Part shown: in pieces, positions 58,601-64,000 of the stretch
Layout: each line of letters starts with the position of its first letter
Position numbering within the stretch: the stretch's first letter is position 1
DNA from: Granulicella sp.
GTDB lineage: Bacteria > Acidobacteriota > Terriglobia > Terriglobales > Acidobacteriaceae
Length of the DNA stretch: 64,000 bases
Assembly: GCA_027339965.1 (NCBI GenBank)
Contig: DAHWNL010000053.1
Location: forward strand, 1 to 64,000
Direction: 5' to 3'
The notes under the pieces: model-generated
What the model was told of the DNA's origin: nothing
Databases searched by the model: none
Seen by the model: only the letters and a program-made list of their open reading frames with translations
Program-made: the position numbers and the translations under genes

Positions 58601-58894
58601 ATCGAACGCTTTCATCAGCCGGATAAGGCTGCGTGCAGAGATCTGGCCGGGCCGCTGGCTGCGGCCGGCGGCGTGGCCTCCAATGCCGTGGGCAGTTGCA
58701 ACTTCAACTACTACTCGCACGCACTGGGCGTGGGCGTGCGCTACGGAACGCCCGTCGGACCTATCCGGCTGGACTTCAGCTATAACCTGAATCCGCCGAT
58801 CTATCCTGTCTTTGACGACTTCACCGGCGTCCCGCCGTACGTTGGCGAGGCGAGCCACTTCAACTTCTTCTTCAGCATCGGGCAGGCCTTCTAG
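55661..58894 (+). CDS. Omp85-family (TamA/BamA-like) protein with multiple POTRA domains
   Basis: Signal peptide, POTRA repeats, GG.DSHRGF, G.GVRYGTPVGPIRLD, FFFSIGQAF. Start uncertain. Confidence 0.92.
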   Translation: MRIADCWWIRCALLALALASAVGVAGAATASNPAPAAQSVQNALPALHQSLWSKAGARVTAVKFLGVTFPPGDEIFAQLQQKAGQPLDPGKVRADERRLFATGMYVDLAVDLMVSGTGVTLVYAGQPRYFVGRVTIAGVNSSRLTSLLEFATRLDPGAPFSDGALAIAAEAVKEALAENGFFVPVVTMRTSVDPVADQVNVTFTVIIGPQAHIGSVTVDGPDPGLDIATFRRKGHMNCGRFATLWDDALHRRCILSVTRETVSNALSGVRSFYQNENRLEGTISLQRSVYGSSTRQVGYSFYANQGPKVEVSVAGVKLSRSRIKLLVPVYEEGAVDHDLLNEGLYNIKDYLQQKGYFNVTAKVQLLTGGNGDVKVLYTVQTGRKHKVTSVNIRGDKYFDSKTLKALLRVKQANAYQRSGQYSAQLVAEDVSSIEALYQANGFSQVKVTPTVKTIDAGPGGKPLKVSQLKVLFTVDEGPQEKFGNVELTGVEGRFRLAILGMLSARTGQPFSLTALSNDRDAILSYYLAHGYDHARVQISDRTEKSNPLRTDVTLQVTQGQQVTVRHVLLSGVVHTRLKDVQSQIQVHAGDPLDQAALLQTQRNLYNMAVFSEVNAVVQNPKGDSPEKDVLVQVTEAKRWDVTYGFGFEAQTGTPGVVTGLPKGSTTAAQNGKAGISPRVSLDVARINLRGTEDSLTLHSDYGLLEEIASLTYNVPEFLGKPSLTASISGGYANIQDITTFASSTLQGDLRLTQKVKRADTLIYDFEYRRVSVNPNSLEITPNLIPLLSEPVIVGGPQLTWIHDTRDPGPLNATKGHFFSLQEILATSKFGSQTNFNSLDGSESSYYRLGKGYVFARNTRIAFEESWGPNPNANNAGQQIGVVSTACAGVLLRTNPTCDAVPLPERLYVGGTDSHRGFGLNDGGPRDFTTGYPVGGSGAVVNNFELRMPPSTLPLVGDSISFVLFHDMGNAFEYPGEMFKSIERFHQPDKAACRDLAGPLAAAGGVASNAVGSCNFNYYSHALGVGVRYGTPVGPIRLDFSYNLNPPIYPVFDDFTGVPPYVGEASHFNFFFSIGQAF

Positions 58895-58897
58895 ACG

Positions 58898-59776
58898 ATG
58901 ATGCGGCTGTTACGCCAACTCGAAGACGCGTGGAGCAGCAGAGGCAGCGCCTGGCTCAGGCCGTCTCTGCTGCTGGGCGCGGTCCTGGCGTGCGCTCCGG
59001 CGGCGGGCCGAGCGCTTGCGCAGAGCGCGCCTTCCCGGCTGCCGCCGGCCTCGAAGCCCTCTGTGGCCCAGTCGCAGTCGCCGCCCACGCAGATTCTGCT
59101 TCCCCGGCTGCCGCAGATGCCGCCAGTGGAGGGAGTGGAGGTGGATCGAGTGGTGGCCATTGTGAACGGCGACCTGATTCTGGATAGCGATGTGGACCTG
59201 GAGCGCAGGTTTGCAGCCCTGTTGCCCTACGGAGAGGCGAGCGGCCCCTACAATCGCGATGCCGCCATCGAGCGCCTGATCAATCGGGATCTCATCCTCC
59301 AGCAGATGCGGTTGCAGCAAGGAGATGAGATTACTCGGAAGGCTGCGGCCGAGGATCTGGCAGACCTGCGCAACTCCATTCCGGTCTGCAAAAAATATCG
59401 CTGCGAAACCAAGGATGGCTGGGAGAGATTTCTGGCCACGGAGGGTTTCACCCCGGAGAGTCTCCTCCGCCTGTGGCGTCGGCGGATGGAGGTTCTGGCC
59501 TTTATCGAGTTACGTTTCCGGACAGGCGTTACGATCTCGCCGGCGCAGATTGCGCAGTACTACCGGAGGACGCTGCTGCCCCAGTACGCTGCGCTGCGCG
59601 TAACGCCGCCGCCCCTGAACCAGATCTCCAGCCGCATCCAGCAGGTGCTGCTGGAGCAACAGATCTCCGGGCTGCTGGATGACTGGCTGAAGAGTCTGCG
59701 GGCTCAGGGCAATGTGGTTGTGCTGGATCACCGCGGCCCCAGCCCGGCGAACCTGCCCGCAGAGGAGGCGCGATGA
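58898..59776 (+). CDS. SurA N-terminal-like periplasmic chaperone
   Basis: VDRVVAIVNGDLIL.SD, IERLINRDLILQ, W LKSLR; no parvulin domain. Confidence 0.75.
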   Translation: MMRLLRQLEDAWSSRGSAWLRPSLLLGAVLACAPAAGRALAQSAPSRLPPASKPSVAQSQSPPTQILLPRLPQMPPVEGVEVDRVVAIVNGDLILDSDVDLERRFAALLPYGEASGPYNRDAAIERLINRDLILQQMRLQQGDEITRKAAAEDLADLRNSIPVCKKYRCETKDGWERFLATEGFTPESLLRLWRRRMEVLAFIELRFRTGVTISPAQIAQYYRRTLLPQYAALRVTPPPLNQISSRIQQVLLEQQISGLLDDWLKSLRAQGNVVVLDHRGPSPANLPAEEAR

Positions 59777-62700
59777 GCGGAGAAGATCCTCGCAAGCCCC
59801 CGCCAACCGGGCCTTCAGCGCCTGCTTCCGCTGCTGATCAGCCCGCAGCGGGCAAGCGCGCTCTGCTACGCGTCTTTGCAAGAAGCGCAGCCTCGCTGGC
59901 CGCTTTCGTAACCGCGCTGCTCATCGCCGCCACGTGGTATACCGGAACGGCGGACTTTCAAGGCCGCCTGCGCAATGAGGTCGTCCGTACGCTCCAGAGC
60001 GCGACGGGGGGACGCGTTGAAGTCGGGCAGATCCGCTTCAGCCTCTGGGGCCTGGCCACCGAGGCCGACGGCCTGGTGATTCATGGAACTGAGGGACCGG
60101 GGCAGATGCCGTACCTTGCGGCGTCCAGGATCATCCTGCGCGCGCACTTCAACATGGTGCTGACGCACATTCGCGGGCTGGGGGCGCAGTCACGGATCAG
60201 CCTTCGCTATCTGCGTATCGAGCAGCCGCGCTTCCATCTGATCGTGTATCCGGATGGACATACCAATGCGCCGGCGCCAATTCATCCTCATCCGCTTCGG
60301 CAGCCGCTCACCGACACGCTGCTGAACCTCCAGGCCCGCCAGGTGGAACTGGTGGATGGCACGGCCATGCTGAATGATCGCGTTCTCCCATTCAACCTGG
60401 AGGCCAGGGACGTGAATGCCCGGATCGCCTTCCTGCGCCGCACGGATCGGTATGGAGCCGTCATCGATCTCAACGATCTGCGCACCCCCATGGCATCCCG
60501 GCCCGAGGTCCCGTCAAGGTTGCATCTGTCGGCGGAGATGGGGCGCGACATCGTGACCATCTCCGACCTTGAACTCTGGAGCGGTTCAGAATCCGGCGGC
60601 GCAGCGGAGCCAGGCGCGAAGTTGGACGCTGGTGGAAGTGTGGCCACACATCTCTCGGCTCGACTGGAGCTGCGCCATTTTGCGCGTCCTCTGTGGAAGG
60701 GAGCCGTCTGGGGTAGCCTTGGCGTAAATCAGTTGCGCGACCTGGCCGATGTGGATGGGCTCGGCGGCGGAACGTTGGATGTGAACCTGCATGGGCAGAA
60801 CTGCGTTTCCGCCGTGACGGCGCCAAACAGGGAGCATCTTCCGCATCTTTGGTCACTGCACGGCGGCAAACATGGTGGCAAGAGCGCAACCGCGGCTCAG
60901 GTAGCCAGCGCATGTACCCAGAGCTTCGCTCTGGCCGGCGCGGTGATCATGCATCAGGTGGGATACCGGGACGAGTATGTGCGCCTGCACGGCATCGACG
61001 GCAGTGCGCAGATTCGCATCACGCCGCAGGCTCTGCAATTCACCCAGGTGAGCGCCTTTCTGCCTGCCGGAGGAGCGGCCCGGGGTGACTTGACGATCGA
61101 TCACTGGTTGGGGGGCAATGCCCTGGCGGACCGCTCCCACGCCATGCTCACGGCGACAGTGGATCAGATTCCTCTGCGCACCGTGATGGACATCGTCGCC
61201 CCGGAGGGCTACGGAGATCTTGGATTCGATACTTCGATCACCGGGCCGGCGACGGTCGAGTGGGGTGGTTCGCGCCTGGCCAACATCTCTGAAACCGTGC
61301 AGGTACAGGCGGACCTGAAGTTTGCCCCCGTGGGCCTCCGGCGCAGCGGCATTGCGTCCAACGTTCCTGTCAGCGGTGAGGTGATAGGGCATTACGATGG
61401 GCAGTCGGAGGTGGTCAGGCTCAAGCGCTTGGCGGTGCAGACTCGTTCCAGCACACTGCTGTCCAGCGGTGTGCTGGGCGTCAACGCCGGCGATCCACTG
61501 ACGAATCTGCAGACCAACTTTCACACCCATGATCTGGGTGAGTTCGATCAGTTGCTGCGCACCCTGAGTTTTGAAGCCAATGGCAGAAGCGGAGCGCAGG
61601 CCATCCCTTTGACGCTGCATGGAGACGCAAACTTTACCGGGACCGTCAGCGGCAAGGTCAGCAACCTGGACGTTCGGGGCCATGCCGCCGCTGGCAGTCT
61701 GGTGCTGCGGCTGGGAGACATGAGCGGAGGCATGGCGGACGTTCTCATCGACTCCGTAACTGGCAGTGGAGAGTTTTCGCCGAACGGGGGGCTGACGCTG
61801 GCTGCTTCGACGATTCGGAGGGGAGACGCGGTGCTGAACGTGTCGGGCTCCTTCAAGCCGCAACGCATTCTCCTGCATGGCGAGCCGAGCTATGCGTGGA
61901 ATCAGAATTTGGCGGTGGACACCACGGTCAAGCTGGCCAACGGTCAGGCTGCCGACCTGCTGCAGATTGCAGGCGAGCAGAAAAAGATCCCGGTAACCGG
62001 TACGGTGAACCTGGACCTGAACGCAACCGGGACCATGAAGGACATCATCGGCGGGGGATCTGTCACGCTCGCCCATGGCGTGGCCTACGGAGAGAGCTAT
62101 CAGAAGATTGCGGTGCGAATCGCCGCGGAAGGGCAACAGGTAACGCTGACCCAGGTGTCGCTGCAGGCGCACGGGCTTTCCATCCAGGGCAGCGCCGGAT
62201 ACAACCTGGGGAGCAGACAGCTTCGCGGCCAGGTGAGTGGCAGCAACCTGTTGCTCGCAAAGTTGGACACATTTCGCCGAATCGAGCCAGGCCTTGATGG
62301 CCGGCTCTCCTTCACGGCGATTGCCAATGGAACCTTCCAGCGCCCGGATCTGCATGCCCGGATCACGCTGGCCGGCATCTCCATGCAGGGAAGGCGTCTG
62401 GGCGCGCTGAAGGTGAAGGCCGACAGCTCCGGTTCGGATCTGCGCTATGAGATGCAGTCCTCTTTGGCAGGAGCCCAGTTGCAGGCCGCCGGGCAGACCT
62501 CTCTGCTGGCGGACTACCAGACACAGGCCAGACTCACCATGAGTGGCCTGGATCTTGCGAATGTGATTGCGCTGCTGGCGCCGGGATCCATCAAGGGCAG
62601 CTCAGCGATCGATGGAGCGATCAGCCTCTCCGGGCCGGCGGGGCATCCCATCTCCATGCGCGGAAGTGCGGAGTTCGATCACGTTGACTTCAAGCTGCAA

Positions 62701-64000
62701 GGGGTCGAACTGCGCGCGGCGCAGCCTCTGCGAGCCAGCCTGAGCGATGGCGTCGTGCGGTTGGACCAGGTCCATATTACGGGCCAGGATACCGATCTGA
62801 ACGCCTCCGGCACAGCAGTGGTCTTCGGAGATCCGAACCCGCAGGGCGGCAGGTTGAACCTGACTGCCGGCGGCAGCGTCAGCATGGCTCTGGCAGAGAC
62901 CTTTGATCCGGATCTGACCAGTTCCGGACGGGTCACCTTCAAGGCGGTGGCCGGGGGACGGTTGAAGAAGCCAACCCTGGCTGGCGATGTGGCCTTCCGC
63001 AATGTGAACCTCTCCTTGGAGGGGGTCGCCAACGGATTGAGCAGCCTGAATGGAACCGTCGTTTTCACTCAGGACCGTTTGGACGTGAAGAACCTAACTG
63101 CGATGACCGGTGGCGGCCTGCTGAAGATCGGAGGGGGGATTAACTATCAGAAGGGCGTCTTTCTCAATCTGAGCGCCACTGGGGAGGTGGTGCGTGTGCG
63201 TTACGACGGATTGAGCGCCACGGCCAATGCCCTCTTCCGGCTGCAAGGCACACCGCAGTCCATGCTGCTCTCCGGCGACGTGACCATGACCCGCTTTGGA
63301 GTGGGCCAGGACATAGACGTCGCCGCATTCTCCTCCGTCGGAGGCGTGCAAGCGCCGCCGGACCCGAACTCCCCGGCAAACAAGATTCGGCTTGATATCC
63401 ATGTCACCAGCTCGCAGCAGCTTGAGTTCCAGAACTCCTTTGCCGAACTGGCCGGGAGCGTGAATCTTACCGTGCGCGGATCGCTGGAATCTCCCAGTGT
63501 GCTGGGCAGCATCCAGATTACGGAGGGCAGCGCCAATTATCTTGGAACCAAGTATGAGCTGGAGCGGGGGCTCATCGACTTCACCAACCCGGTGCGGATC
63601 GACCCCACCATTGACCTGGATGCGACCGCGCGCATCGAGAGTTATGACATTACGGTGGGCGTCCATGGAACCATCAACAACCTGAAGCCCACCTATCGCT
63701 CTGAGCCGCCTCTGACGGAAGCCGATATCTTCAACCTGCTGGCGCTGGGGCGGACCCAGGAGGAGGCGCAGCTCAATCAGGAGCAGGTGGGGACGGGTAC
63801 GGCAACCAACGCGACCTCCAACGCGCTGCTGGGCGGGGCTCTGAATGCTACCGTGCAGAGCCGGGTGGGCAAGCTCTTTGGCGCAGGTTCAGTAAAGATC
63901 GATCCGGCCTTTATCGGCACCCTGGGCAACTCGTCCGCACGGATCACGGTTACCGAGCCTCTCTCCCCTCAGGTGACCGTGGTCTTCGCCACCAATGTGA
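59773..64000 (+). CDS. tamB: TamB/AsmA-like translocation and assembly module protein (runs off the window end)
   Basis: GGAGG SD plus ATG overlapping the previous stop; N-terminal TM, TGGRVE, beta-taenia repeats, C-terminal DUF490-like G.IDF.NP..IDP..DL.A...YRSEPPL...DI..LL; no stop seen before 64000. Confidence 0.9.
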   Translation, partial: MSGEDPRKPPPTGPSAPASAADQPAAGKRALLRVFARSAASLAAFVTALLIAATWYTGTADFQGRLRNEVVRTLQSATGGRVEVGQIRFSLWGLATEADGLVIHGTEGPGQMPYLAASRIILRAHFNMVLTHIRGLGAQSRISLRYLRIEQPRFHLIVYPDGHTNAPAPIHPHPLRQPLTDTLLNLQARQVELVDGTAMLNDRVLPFNLEARDVNARIAFLRRTDRYGAVIDLNDLRTPMASRPEVPSRLHLSAEMGRDIVTISDLELWSGSESGGAAEPGAKLDAGGSVATHLSARLELRHFARPLWKGAVWGSLGVNQLRDLADVDGLGGGTLDVNLHGQNCVSAVTAPNREHLPHLWSLHGGKHGGKSATAAQVASACTQSFALAGAVIMHQVGYRDEYVRLHGIDGSAQIRITPQALQFTQVSAFLPAGGAARGDLTIDHWLGGNALADRSHAMLTATVDQIPLRTVMDIVAPEGYGDLGFDTSITGPATVEWGGSRLANISETVQVQADLKFAPVGLRRSGIASNVPVSGEVIGHYDGQSEVVRLKRLAVQTRSSTLLSSGVLGVNAGDPLTNLQTNFHTHDLGEFDQLLRTLSFEANGRSGAQAIPLTLHGDANFTGTVSGKVSNLDVRGHAAAGSLVLRLGDMSGGMADVLIDSVTGSGEFSPNGGLTLAASTIRRGDAVLNVSGSFKPQRILLHGEPSYAWNQNLAVDTTVKLANGQAADLLQIAGEQKKIPVTGTVNLDLNATGTMKDIIGGGSVTLAHGVAYGESYQKIAVRIAAEGQQVTLTQVSLQAHGLSIQGSAGYNLGSRQLRGQVSGSNLLLAKLDTFRRIEPGLDGRLSFTAIANGTFQRPDLHARITLAGISMQGRRLGALKVKADSSGSDLRYEMQSSLAGAQLQAAGQTSLLADYQTQARLTMSGLDLANVIALLAPGSIKGSSAIDGAISLSGPAGHPISMRGSAEFDHVDFKLQGVELRAAQPLRASLSDGVVRLDQVHITGQDTDLNASGTAVVFGDPNPQGGRLNLTAGGSVSMALAETFDPDLTSSGRVTFKAVAGGRLKKPTLAGDVAFRNVNLSLEGVANGLSSLNGTVVFTQDRLDVKNLTAMTGGGLLKIGGGINYQKGVFLNLSATGEVVRVRYDGLSATANALFRLQGTPQSMLLSGDVTMTRFGVGQDIDVAAFSSVGGVQAPPDPNSPANKIRLDIHVTSSQQLEFQNSFAELAGSVNLTVRGSLESPSVLGSIQITEGSANYLGTKYELERGLIDFTNPVRIDPTIDLDATARIESYDITVGVHGTINNLKPTYRSEPPLTEADIFNLLALGRTQEEAQLNQEQVGTGTATNATSNALLGGALNATVQSRVGKLFGAGSVKIDPAFIGTLGNSSARITVTEPLSPQVTVVFATNV

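Noticed and set aside
1..64000. CRISPR array, rRNA or tRNA genes
   Set aside because: No regularly spaced repeats with unique spacers and no rRNA/tRNA signatures were seen.

Overview
GC-rich bacterial chromosomal window, most likely Acidobacteriota (Terriglobia-like); the lineage is inferred from gene content and protein styles. Bases 1-7560 form a decayed accessory island. It holds the 3' end of an IS256 element, a ParDE-like toxin-antitoxin pair, a DUF6429-like gene and an IS5-family element. It also holds an IS110-family (IS1111-type) element whose 3' non-coding region contains guide-like segments matching its own reconstructed palindromic target. The island continues with a tiny type I toxin-like peptide ORF, an orphan Rhs C-terminal toxin pseudogene with a putative immunity gene, a VapBC pair and a deleted tyrosine recombinase remnant. 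The remainder is mostly core genome: rimP-nusA-infB, a GH172-like pseudogene, an aspartyl protease, tagatose-bisphosphate aldolase and an atypical two-component cluster (bEBP lacking GAFTGA). Next come rph, an unannotated zf-UBP gene with an in-frame TGA, a CDGSH protein, RegBA, a TonB-dependent receptor and a cellulose synthase operon (bcsQ-like remnant, fused bcsAB, bcsZ, bcsC). The last part has a GH27 enzyme, a non-canonical Amt-like transporter, Ser/Thr kinase plus PP2C, alcohol dehydrogenase, lactonase, an ECF sigma/anti-sigma pair, a ThiF-family enzyme and a TamA/BamA-SurA-TamB cluster running off the window end. A ~115 bp palindromic MITE-like repeat occurs twice. No rRNA, tRNA or CRISPR array was seen. 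All family calls come from motif recognition by eye, not database searches.
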